Source: a virus (taxonomy: Duplodnaviria; Heunggongvirae; Uroviricota; Caudoviricetes). From it: a stretch of 64,000 nucleotides of DNA. Below, piece after piece: positions 8,805 to 17,696 of this stretch (position 1 is its first letter; each line of letters opens with the position of its first letter). The stretch covers positions 263,353 to 327,352 of IMG/VR virus record IMGVR_UViG_3300042549_004104. One strand, given 5' to 3'. A program made the position numbers and the translations under genes. The notes under the pieces were generated by a model. That model did no database searches and was not told the origin of the DNA. It saw only the letters and a program-made list of their open reading frames with translations.

Positions 8805-9647
8805 ATGAATAAACTAAAAATATCAGAACTGTTTTACAGTGTACAAGGTGAAGGAAGATACATGGGTGTGCCAAGCGTGTTCTTACGCACGTTTGGTTGT
8901 AACTTTAAATGTGCTGGCTTCGGTATGTCTAAAGGAATGGAAAGTACAGAAAGGTTTAAAATAAATGCAGAAACTATTAAATCTTATAAATCACTACCAC
9001 TTGTTAGTACTGGATGTGATAGCTATGCGAGTTGGGATCCACGCTTCAAACATCTCAGTCCTTATTACGACATTGATACTATTGCCGATAATATTGTCAA
9101 TTTACTTCCTCATGGTCGTTGGAAAGATGAGCACTTGGTTATTACGGGTGGTGAGCCGCTCTTAGGCTGGCAACGTGAATATCCAGAGTTGTTATCACAT
9201 GATAATATGCGTGGATTACAAGAAATAACATTTGAAACTAATGGTACACAAATGTTATATCCTGAATTAGTTAATTATTTAAATGAATGGAAGAAACACC
9301 GCTATTTACATTGTCTAACATTCAGCGTAAGTCCTAAACTAAGTATCAGTGGTGAAAATTGGGAAGATGCTATTTGTCCCGATGTTGTTCAACAATATTA
9401 CAATACTGGTTATACTTATTTGAAATTTGTTGTAGCAACTAAAGAAGATGCAGAAGAAGCTGAACAAGCAGTTAATGAATATCGCAAACGTGGATTTAAA
9501 GGTCCTGTGTATCTTATGCCTTGCGGTGGTGTTACAGAACTTTATAATCTTAATAACAGAAAAGTTGCAGAACTTGCAATGCAAAAGGGTTGGCGCTATA
9601 GTGACAGACTACAAGTCCCGTTGTTCAAAAACGAATGGGGAACTTGA
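8805..9647 (+). CDS. queE: 7-carboxy-7-deazaguanine synthase-like radical-SAM protein (QueE family)
   Basis: The N-terminal ELFYSVQGEGRYMGVPSVFLRTFGCNFKC aligns with QueE (E.F.S.QGEG..G.P..F.R..GC...C), and VITGGEPLL matches the SAM-binding GGEP block. The third Cys of the canonical Cx3Cx2C is not in the usual place, so this is a divergent QueE. Confidence 0.7.
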   Translation: MNKLKISELFYSVQGEGRYMGVPSVFLRTFGCNFKCAGFGMSKGMESTERFKINAETIKSYKSLPLVSTGCDSYASWDPRFKHLSPYYDIDTIADNIVNLLPHGRWKDEHLVITGGEPLLGWQREYPELLSHDNMRGLQEITFETNGTQMLYPELVNYLNEWKKHRYLHCLTFSVSPKLSISGENWEDAICPDVVQQYYNTGYTYLKFVVATKEDAEEAEQAVNEYRKRGFKGPVYLMPCGGVTELYNLNNRKVAELAMQKGWRYSDRLQVPLFKNEWGT

Positions 9648-9916
9648 TGTTCGGAAGTAATTACAACGACTATAGAACAAAGTTAGGATATAATCCTAAA
9701 TTATCAACTGAAGCTGAATGGACATTTTACAAAACAGCAACATGGACAAAACAGTTTGCATGGTTGCCTCATCGGTGTAATCTTACTAAAAAATATATTT
9801 GGTTAGAAAATGCGTATAAAGGAACAGCAGAATATAGAGTTGATGATAATCATTTTATAAGTGAACATACATGGCATAATTATGACGAACACATTATTTG
9901 GGAATTACAAAGATGA
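9635..9916 (+). CDS. hypothetical protein
   Basis: ORF overlapping the queE stop. Confidence 0.4.
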   Translation: MGNLMFGSNYNDYRTKLGYNPKLSTEAEWTFYKTATWTKQFAWLPHRCNLTKKYIWLENAYKGTAEYRVDDNHFISEHTWHNYDEHIIWELQR

Positions 9917-10101
9917 TTGAACTACGCTGGTTAATACAAGCTGGGTGGGACGGACCCGAACAAGTATTGCAATATAGACAAAATCGTGATATAATAGACT
10001 ATAGCAGAAAAGATAGTAATGGTTCTTTTCTAAAGACAACTGAAATAACAGAGTGGATCACAGTACCCACAGTAGATGAGGTATGGAATGCAGATTTATG
10101 A
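9898..10101 (+). CDS. hypothetical protein
   Basis: Overlapping, coupled ORF. Confidence 0.35.
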   Translation: MGITKMIELRWLIQAGWDGPEQVLQYRQNRDIIDYSRKDSNGSFLKTTEITEWITVPTVDEVWNADL

Positions 10102-10820
10102 CAACTAAATCAATTAAAATAGCAGTTTTAATAGTAGGAGAATATCGTACATTTGCACAATGTAGGAGAACTATGACTTTCCTAAATGATCCTAAGGTAG
10201 ATGTATATTTTAGTACATGGGATACAACCAATACCCTTAATCCATTAATTAATAAGATAGGACCGTATGCAATTAAACCAAGAAAAGTATCATTTGAGGA
10301 AATACAACGAGCATTGAATATACCACATGCTACTATAAAAATTCACAAAAAACCAGAACACAATGATACTTTTTTAATAATGCGAGAGGGTTGGTTTTTA
10401 GGAATGCAAATGGTTATAGATTCAGGTAAAGATTATGATTTTATTTATGTTATGAGACCTGATTTATATTATGAGAATAAATTTGTGTTTAAAGATATTA
10501 ATTACAATGAGTATGAGAACAATATAGGTCTTTTATATATTCCCGATGAAAATAATAATGCTGACGATACTTCATTCTTTTCAACATATTCTAACATTAA
10601 AAAATTATTAAATACAGATGTGTTAAAAATACATCAAACCCCGGAAGAAGGAAATTTACACGTTGTATGGTTTAAATATATATCTGATAAAGGATTCTCC
10701 TTTACTAAAATGCCGTACAGTTCAAGTTATGTTATTGGTAGATATCCAATAACAAATAACACTACTTGGGAAGAGGCATTCACACAGTATTGGAATTTAT
10801 TTCATAACAGACCAATATGA
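10083..10820 (+). CDS. hypothetical protein (245 aa)
   Basis: Coupled to the neighbouring sugar-module genes. Confidence 0.45.
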   Translation: MECRFMTTKSIKIAVLIVGEYRTFAQCRRTMTFLNDPKVDVYFSTWDTTNTLNPLINKIGPYAIKPRKVSFEEIQRALNIPHATIKIHKKPEHNDTFLIMREGWFLGMQMVIDSGKDYDFIYVMRPDLYYENKFVFKDINYNEYENNIGLLYIPDENNNADDTSFFSTYSNIKKLLNTDVLKIHQTPEEGNLHVVWFKYISDKGFSFTKMPYSSSYVIGRYPITNNTTWEEAFTQYWNLFHNRPI

Positions 10821-12193
10821 ACTATAATAAACTAGTTATATTTGATTTAGATGGGGTATTGATAGAAAGTAAGGAACTGCATTATGATTCCTTGAATTTA
10901 TCATTAAGTAAATTAAGTCCTAAGCATATAATTTCCAGGGAAGAGCATTTAAGTGTATATGATGGATTGACCACTACTAACAAACTTGAATTACTAGCTC
11001 ATAAAAAAGGATTGAATAGGGGACTGTTTGATACTATCTGGCAAGAAAAACAAAAAGCAACAATAGATTTATTATTGCAGACTAGTGAAAATTTATTATT
11101 AAAAAGTATTTTTCGTACCCTATCTGAGCATGGAATAAAAATAGCAGTTGCTAGTAACAGTATAAGAAAATCATTACAAATATCTCTTTTAAAATTAGGT
11201 ATTTTAGAATATATTGATTTCTATGTTTCTAATCAAGATGTGAGTAAAGCTAAACCATTTCCAGAAATGTATTGGAAATGCATGACACAATTAAATGCTA
11301 TCCCAAAAACAACTATAATTATAGAAGATAGTCATATTGGTAGACAGGCTGCATTAGATTCTGGTGCACAATTATTACCTGTTAATACACCTGAAGATGT
11401 GAACGAAGAATTATTAAAACAAATACTGTCAGCATTCGATGGTAAATATATAACAAAAGTACCCTGGAGAAATAATAAAATGAATGTTTTGATTCCAATG
11501 GCAGGTGCAGGTAGTAGATTTGCACAAGCAGGATATTCGTTTCCTAAACCATTAATTGAAGTTAATAGAAAACCGATGATTCAGGTGGTGATAGAAAATT
11601 TGAATATTGAAGCACGTTATATATTCTTAGTTCAAAAAGAACACTATGAAAAATATAATTTAAAACAATTATTAAATATACTCACTCCAAACTGTGAGAT
11701 TGTTCAAGTAGATGGTGTGACAGAAGGCGCCGCAGTAACTACTTTATTAGCAAAAGAATATATTAATAACAATGAGCCATTATTAATAGCAAATTCAGAC
11801 CAATACGTAGAGTGGAATAGTAATGAATGTTTATATAGTTTTACTACCGATCAAATTGACGGTGGAATCGTAACATTTAAATCAACACATCCTAAATGGT
11901 CTTTTGCTAAATTAGGAGAAGATGGGTTTGTTGCTGAAGTAGCAGAAAAAAATCCAATAAGTGATAATGCAACAGTTGGGATATATTATTGGAAACATGG
12001 TAAAGATTATGTCAAGTATGCAGAACAAATGATACAAAACAATACTAGAGTGAATAATGAATTTTATGTTTGCCCAGTGTTCAATGAAGCAATAAAAGAT
12101 AATAAGAAAATCAAAATCAAAGAAATAGAAAAAATGTGGGGCATCGGTACTCCTGAAGATTTATTATATTTTTTGAATAATCACAAAGAATGA
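10817..12193 (+). CDS. bifunctional HAD-superfamily phosphatase / sugar-phosphate nucleotidyltransferase
   Basis: N-terminal HAD motif I VIFDLDGVLIES with a beta-PGM-like layout. The C-terminal half has VLIPMAGAGSRFAQAGYSFPKPLIEV, typical of GT-A-fold NDP-sugar pyrophosphorylases and cytidylyltransferases. Confidence 0.7.
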   Translation: MNYNKLVIFDLDGVLIESKELHYDSLNLSLSKLSPKHIISREEHLSVYDGLTTTNKLELLAHKKGLNRGLFDTIWQEKQKATIDLLLQTSENLLLKSIFRTLSEHGIKIAVASNSIRKSLQISLLKLGILEYIDFYVSNQDVSKAKPFPEMYWKCMTQLNAIPKTTIIIEDSHIGRQAALDSGAQLLPVNTPEDVNEELLKQILSAFDGKYITKVPWRNNKMNVLIPMAGAGSRFAQAGYSFPKPLIEVNRKPMIQVVIENLNIEARYIFLVQKEHYEKYNLKQLLNILTPNCEIVQVDGVTEGAAVTTLLAKEYINNNEPLLIANSDQYVEWNSNECLYSFTTDQIDGGIVTFKSTHPKWSFAKLGEDGFVAEVAEKNPISDNATVGIYYWKHGKDYVKYAEQMIQNNTRVNNEFYVCPVFNEAIKDNKKIKIKEIEKMWGIGTPEDLLYFLNNHKE

Positions 12194-12660
12194 AATTAAT
12201 AGCACATAGGGGACTGGTAAAAGGTCCTGACAAAATATTAGAAAACACTCCTAAGCAAATTGAGTTCGCAATAAAGGAAGGATTTGACTGTGAGGTTGAT
12301 ATATGGTCTATCGATAATGTTTATTATTTAGGTCATGACGATCCTGAATATAGAATAGATAAAGATTTTTTATCCAATCCTCATTTATGGTTACATGCTA
12401 AAAACATAGAAGCACTGGACAAATTATCATTGACTAGCTTTAATTTTTTCTGGCACCAAAATGACGATTACACATTAACTAGTCATAGATATATTTGGAC
12501 ATATCCAGGTAAATCAATGTCACGACATAGTATTATGGTTATGCCAGAATGGCAAAATAGTTCTTTTAGTAACTTATATGACCAAAATTGCTATGGTATT
12601 TGTAGTGATTACGTGTATAATATAAGAGAACAAATGAGAACAAATGAGAACATACGATAA
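12190..12660 (+). CDS. glycerophosphodiester phosphodiesterase (GDPD)-like protein, short form
   Basis: N-terminal IAHRGL..PENT...EFAIKEGFDCEVDIW....LGHDD matches the GDPD HR(G)...E.D...HD signature. At 156 aa it is truncated relative to canonical GDPD. Confidence 0.5.
   Translation: MKLIAHRGLVKGPDKILENTPKQIEFAIKEGFDCEVDIWSIDNVYYLGHDDPEYRIDKDFLSNPHLWLHAKNIEALDKLSLTSFNFFWHQNDDYTLTSHRYIWTYPGKSMSRHSIMVMPEWQNSSFSNLYDQNCYGICSDYVYNIREQMRTNENIR
12622..12651. repeat. short tandem repeat gagaacaaat x2 followed by gagaacatac at a gene junction
   Basis: Read directly in the sequence. It duplicates the ATGAGAACA start context of the next gene. Confidence 0.6.
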
Positions 12661-14005
12661 ACGAATTGGCTTCTTAGTAAGCTATCAAACACTTATACCC
12701 CACGGTGGTATCGGTCAATTCACTAAGAGTTTTATTGAACTAATGGATCAGCATAACATAAAAGTTGATATCATTACTGACAAGGAATTAAATCCTGAGA
12801 ATCAAGACTTCATCAACGAGCTAGGTCTAGGTAAGTTTCAACCACCTACAGTTATTACCCCTGAGAAGTCTCTACCATACACCACACATAGCAACATCTT
12901 TATGTATGGTGATACTTTTAACTATGAGCGTATGGCTAACTTCCGTAATAGTATTATTAAGGCACTTGAAAATAATTTGTATGATGCACTCATTTGTAAT
13001 ACATACGAAACAGTGCAGGTTGCGAGTACAATGGGGTTAGAAGATTGCATCCAAATCATTGCATATACTCATTTAGAAAGTCAAATCTTTAAGGATACAA
13101 AGAATCCTTTCTTAAACAATACCAATGTAATGATGCGTCAGCAACTTACTACACCAGGTATATCTGTTGGAACACAAAGCAAATACAATTGGCTTAACCT
13201 AGATGAATCATCTTATCATTTACCTATCCCAATTACTGAACGAGGATTACTAGAAGAACATCACAACCCACGTGAAGGCGTATTGTTTGTTGGTCGCTGG
13301 GAAGAAGGTAAGAATCCAGAATTGTTTTGTGATTTGATTGAACAAACAAAACTCCCAGCTAAAGTAATGACTAGTGCAAATGGTGCTAAGAAATTCGAAG
13401 GACGATTAAAGAAGATTGGGGTACCCTATGAAATCAAAGTGGGTATCATTGGTCAAGAAAAGGTAAACTTTATCACAAGTGCTAGAGTTGCATTCAATCC
13501 TAGCACAGTAGAGAGTTATGGTATGGCATTCTATGAGCAAACAACTCAATTACCAACATTCTGTTTAGAGAATCAACGCTGGACTAATAACTTTAAAGGA
13601 CAATTCTTTTTTGAAACTAATAAAAAGAACATGGCAGTAGATGTTAAGGGTGCATACGATACATTCTCAACTGCAAAAGAATGGTACAGTCATGGGTCAC
13701 TACTACACACTATACAATTAGAAAAAAATGTATTTCATAAATGGAATGAATGTTTTAATGAGTTTAAACCAAAACAATCTAATAGCAACACTGCTAAGAT
13801 TTTAGAAAACACTACAGTCAAACACAGTGATTACATCAAAGATTTGAATCGCAGTTTAATTTGTATTGATGATATCCGTAGCGTCTTGACCAATAAACAC
13901 AAGTATCGTGTAATCTATACAGACAACGAAACTTATCTGACTAAGGATCCAAGTTACGAACCAATAGAAGAGGCAATAGGTATAAACCTATTTGATTTTG
14001 CATGA
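12644..14005 (+). CDS. GT-B-fold glycosyltransferase (GT4-like)
   Basis: The LFVGRWEEGKNPELF block resembles the GT4 donor-binding region. 453 aa. Confidence 0.5.
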   Translation: MRTYDKRIGFLVSYQTLIPHGGIGQFTKSFIELMDQHNIKVDIITDKELNPENQDFINELGLGKFQPPTVITPEKSLPYTTHSNIFMYGDTFNYERMANFRNSIIKALENNLYDALICNTYETVQVASTMGLEDCIQIIAYTHLESQIFKDTKNPFLNNTNVMMRQQLTTPGISVGTQSKYNWLNLDESSYHLPIPITERGLLEEHHNPREGVLFVGRWEEGKNPELFCDLIEQTKLPAKVMTSANGAKKFEGRLKKIGVPYEIKVGIIGQEKVNFITSARVAFNPSTVESYGMAFYEQTTQLPTFCLENQRWTNNFKGQFFFETNKKNMAVDVKGAYDTFSTAKEWYSHGSLLHTIQLEKNVFHKWNECFNEFKPKQSNSNTAKILENTTVKHSDYIKDLNRSLICIDDIRSVLTNKHKYRVIYTDNETYLTKDPSYEPIEEAIGINLFDFA

Positions 14006-14826
14006 AGAAAATTTTAATCACAGGTAACTCAGGCTACATCGGCAGTCATTTAAGTAAGATGTTGAATGACGAATACGAAGTCTATGGATTAGACAAAGTA
14101 GGTCCTCAATTCAAAGTTAAGAAACATTATAATCTTGACATTAAAAGCCAGCTTAAAGTCAATGAAGAATTTGATTGTATCATTCATTTAGCCGCACTAG
14201 TCAATGTAGGCGAGAGTGAACTACAGCCTACAGACTACTACATGACTAATTTGTTTGGGACATTGAATATCCTACAACATATTAAAACAAAGAACTTTAT
14301 ATTTGCTAGTACTGGTGCAGCCGAAAAGTGTGAAAGTGCTTATGGTGTTAGTAAACGGGCAACAGAAGATTGTGTAAGAGAATTCTGTCAAGTAAACAAA
14401 GTTCCATTTACTACATTTAGATTTTACAACGTAATTGGCAGTGATGGATTCAAACCTACCAATCCTGATGGCTTGATGTATAATATAATGAGAGCTCCTA
14501 AACTAGGATATTTTAATATCTTTGGTAACGATTATGCAACTAAAGACGGTACTTGCGTTAGAGATTATGTACATGTTAATGAAATTTGTAACAGTATCAA
14601 GTTAGCGATTGAAACACCTAGTAATAGTTTAGAGAACTTAGGTCATGGGGTAGGAAATACTGTTAAAGAAATGGTCGAATTGTTCAAACAGGTTAACCAA
14701 ACTGATTTTGAAATACGATATACTAACCGAAGAGAAGGTGATATTGAATACAGTGTGCTTAATAATCCAAGTTCATATATGAGAAAAGTATACACTATCG
14801 AGGATTTGCTAAAAGTTGACAATTAA
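14002..14826 (+). CDS. NAD-dependent epimerase/dehydratase (SDR family, UDP-sugar 4-epimerase-like)
   Basis: N-terminal ILITGNSGYIGSHL Rossmann GxxGxxG. YxxxK-type region (AYGVSKRA). ATGA-coupled. Confidence 0.8.
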   Translation: MKKILITGNSGYIGSHLSKMLNDEYEVYGLDKVGPQFKVKKHYNLDIKSQLKVNEEFDCIIHLAALVNVGESELQPTDYYMTNLFGTLNILQHIKTKNFIFASTGAAEKCESAYGVSKRATEDCVREFCQVNKVPFTTFRFYNVIGSDGFKPTNPDGLMYNIMRAPKLGYFNIFGNDYATKDGTCVRDYVHVNEICNSIKLAIETPSNSLENLGHGVGNTVKEMVELFKQVNQTDFEIRYTNRREGDIEYSVLNNPSSYMRKVYTIEDLLKVDN

Positions 14827-14850
14827 TCGTATTACTGTTACACTTAAGCC

Positions 14851-15870
14851 ATGACTAATCAAAACATTAAACGTATTGGCTTTGCTTGCAAGTGGGCAGA
14901 GATTAACAAAAAAGGTGAAATAGTCAGTACTCAGGGACTGAATACTGGCGGCACTACTATGGCATGGGCCAAACGCAATAAGCGTTCTACAGTGGAGGAA
15001 AAAATTATTGATGTTGCTAAAACTAATATCAATAATACTCATGCACTGATTAAGAAAGTTGCAGAATTACCCCCTGAACTACGTATGTTGCGATTAACTA
15101 GTGACATGTTGTCATTCTACACACATGAGGACTACTCATACTTTTGGCAAGATACTAATACACAAGATAGTCTAGCACGTTGGTTTGCACCCTTAGGTGA
15201 GACTGCACGTAAGCATGATATCCGACTAAGTTTTCATCCCGATCAATTTGTTGTATTAGCAAGCGACCGTGACGAGGTAGTAAATAAGAGTATAACTGAA
15301 TTTGAATATCACTGTGACATGGTGCGTTGGTTAGGCTATGGCAAAACATTTCAAGACTTCAAAGTTAACGTACACATTAGTGGCCGTAAAGGCCCTCAAG
15401 GCATCAGGGATGTGTATGGTAGGTTATCACCTGAAGCACGAAACACACTTACATTAGAAAACGAGGAATATACACATGGAGTCATTGACTGCCTTTCATT
15501 ATCTGATCTTGTCCCAACTGTTCTTGACATTCATCACCATTGGATTAGGGAGGGCGAATATATTAGCCCCGATTCGGAGATTGTTAACCGTGTTGTTGAT
15601 AGTTGGAGGAATGTCCGTTCTACTTTACATTATTCCGTCAGTCGGGAAGATGTACTTGGAGAACATGACCGATCTGTCGCACCCAATCATGGTGCGTTGA
15701 TTGAATCAGGACACAGTAAACAAAAATTACGTGCCCATTCAGATTACTATTGGAATGATGCAGTGAACGATTGGGCATTGACATTCCTTGATAAATTTGA
15801 TATAATGTGCGAAAGCAAAGCTAAGAACTTAGCCAGCTTTAAATTATACGAGAGAGTAAAAAATGTTTGA
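14851..15870 (+). CDS. uvdE: UV DNA damage endonuclease (UvdE/UVDE family)
   Basis: Blocks RLSFHPDQFVVLAS, TLENEEYTH, LDIHHHW and HSDYYW match UvdE TIM-barrel motifs (RTSFHPNQF, TLENDDKTYT, FDFHHF, HADYV). Confidence 0.8.
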   Translation: MTNQNIKRIGFACKWAEINKKGEIVSTQGLNTGGTTMAWAKRNKRSTVEEKIIDVAKTNINNTHALIKKVAELPPELRMLRLTSDMLSFYTHEDYSYFWQDTNTQDSLARWFAPLGETARKHDIRLSFHPDQFVVLASDRDEVVNKSITEFEYHCDMVRWLGYGKTFQDFKVNVHISGRKGPQGIRDVYGRLSPEARNTLTLENEEYTHGVIDCLSLSDLVPTVLDIHHHWIREGEYISPDSEIVNRVVDSWRNVRSTLHYSVSREDVLGEHDRSVAPNHGALIESGHSKQKLRAHSDYYWNDAVNDWALTFLDKFDIMCESKAKNLASFKLYERVKNV

Positions 15871-16276
15871 CAAATTAAAGAACTTATTCAAGAAAACAGA
15901 AAAGCCTGTTGAATCTAAGAAGCCAACTAAAGCAAAAACTAAGGCTCCAACTAAAGAATTAAGTCTTAAAGAAAAAGCAACACAAGCCGGGGAACCCTAC
16001 ATCAATATTTTAAGTTTAGATATTGATCCCAAAGATATCAACAGCGGTGCATTTGATTTAGACTTTAATGAAATTTTTGTAGCAAGATTAGTCAAAGCTG
16101 GTTACATGATGAGTAAGGATGACAAGGATACTGATATCGTAGATAGATGGTTCCAGCAAGTTTGTAGAAATGTAGTACTTGAGATGTATGAGCAAGTACA
16201 AGCGGATCCCATGAACCGTGACATTCGCCCTATCCAATCACGTGACCTTGGCAATGGACGTACAGAGGTGAGTTAA
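15863..16276 (+). CDS. hypothetical protein with a Lys-rich N-terminus
   Basis: ORF overlapping the uvdE stop. Confidence 0.45.
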   Translation: MFDKLKNLFKKTEKPVESKKPTKAKTKAPTKELSLKEKATQAGEPYINILSLDIDPKDINSGAFDLDFNEIFVARLVKAGYMMSKDDKDTDIVDRWFQQVCRNVVLEMYEQVQADPMNRDIRPIQSRDLGNGRTEVS

Positions 16277-17640
16277 TGATTGGATGGCCAGTACCTCCTA
16301 CTAATTTAAAATATTCTAAATGGTATGACTCGCTAATTAACAAGGCTTTACAAAGAAGCCTACCATTAACTATGTATACAGAACAACACCATATTGTTCC
16401 TAGAAGTTTTGGTGGCAGTGATGACATATCTAATCTAGTTAAACTTACAGCAAGAGAACATTATGTAGCGCATTTATTATTATGGAAGATACGCTTTCCT
16501 AGTGTATACGGTAGTAAAATGTCTTTTGCTTTTGGAACATTTGTTAACAGATTTAAACAAGAATATCATTCCTCATATAAGATAACAAGTAGGATTTATG
16601 CACAATTTAAAAAAGAATATTCTCTGTTGATGAGTGAGCGAATGTCAGGAGAAGGTAATCACTTCTTTGGCAAGACACATTCAGAAGAAACAAGACGAAT
16701 CATAGGTGAAAAGAGCAAGCAAAAGATTTTTAAAAAGGGACCAGAGAATCCAAATTGGGGTAAAAAACAAAATCTTTCTGATGAACAACGTAAAAAGAGA
16801 AGTGAAGGATCCAAAACTAGATGGGGGAACGATGAGTTCCGCAAAAAGATATTAACATCAAGAAAGCTATATTGGGAATCCGAAGAAGGTAGAGTAAGAG
16901 CTAACATATGGGCTGAAGGGCTTCGAGGAGTTAAACTTGATCCAGAACGTGTTGAAAAATCTGCAAGTAAAAAACGAGGGAAAAAAGGCACTGAAATATT
17001 TTCAGAACAAGCATTAGCTAATATACGTGAGGCTAACAAACATAGGATATATTCTGAAGAAGGTTTGGCAAAAATACGAGAGAGTTCAAGAAAAGTTGGA
17101 CAACGCCTCAAGTCAGAAGAACATAAGAAAAGAATTTCAGAATCAAATAAAGGCAAACACAATAATAAAGGTGAAAAAAATCCTATGTTTGGTAAGAAAC
17201 ATTCACCTGAAACAATAGCTAAAATAAAGGAAACAAAAAGAATATCTGCATTGAAAAATGCAAAGCCTAAATTTGTAGGTCCTTTGAAACCCAAAAACAT
17301 GATTACTTTTAGAGGAGTAAATTATGCTAGTATCAAAAAAGCAAGTTCGCATTTCGGTATACCAGTTGGAAAAATAAAAACACAGATAAAACATTGGGGG
17401 GAGAATCCAGACGCAGAAACAATCGCAAAGATTGATTCCGGAAAACTGAAACCACCTATGACAGCCTGGAATAAAGGTAGTATTGGATTGCAAGTTAGTT
17501 GGAATAAAGGTATGGAGGCACCTAAGTTTACATGTGAACATTGTGGTAAGATAGTAGGTGGAAAAACCAATTATATTAGGTATCACCATGATAATTGTAA
17601 ACTAAAAGTATTCACTTTATTGTCAACAAAAAAAGGTTGA
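16276..17640 (+). CDS. HNH homing endonuclease with repeated NUMOD3-like DNA-binding modules
   Basis: HHIVPRSFGGSDDISNLVKLTAREHYVAH HNH motif. At least 6 repeats of the GxxNPxxGKKHSxETxxKI type follow, as in T4 Mob and I-Hmu-type homing endonucleases. Confidence 0.8.
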   Translation: MIGWPVPPTNLKYSKWYDSLINKALQRSLPLTMYTEQHHIVPRSFGGSDDISNLVKLTAREHYVAHLLLWKIRFPSVYGSKMSFAFGTFVNRFKQEYHSSYKITSRIYAQFKKEYSLLMSERMSGEGNHFFGKTHSEETRRIIGEKSKQKIFKKGPENPNWGKKQNLSDEQRKKRSEGSKTRWGNDEFRKKILTSRKLYWESEEGRVRANIWAEGLRGVKLDPERVEKSASKKRGKKGTEIFSEQALANIREANKHRIYSEEGLAKIRESSRKVGQRLKSEEHKKRISESNKGKHNNKGEKNPMFGKKHSPETIAKIKETKRISALKNAKPKFVGPLKPKNMITFRGVNYASIKKASSHFGIPVGKIKTQIKHWGENPDAETIAKIDSGKLKPPMTAWNKGSIGLQVSWNKGMEAPKFTCEHCGKIVGGKTNYIRYHHDNCKLKVFTLLSTKKG

Positions 17641-17665
17641 CAAATATTGTATACGGGTATACAAT
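17637..17665 (+). promoter_or_regulatory. sigma70-type promoter (TTGACA-17-TACAAT) for the downstream large gene
   Basis: ggTTGACAaatattgtatacgggtaTACAATat. The ORF-track start at 17637 is the TTG of the -35 box. Confidence 0.65.
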
Positions 17666-17696
17666 ATACACATATCAACAACTCTTTGGAGTAAAC

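Noticed and set aside
17637-17696. N-terminal 20 codons of ORF-track entry 17637-19505
   Set aside because: The listed start is the TTG of a -35 hexamer, so the extension is a promoter read as coding. The ATG with a GGAG SD at 17697 is the credible start.
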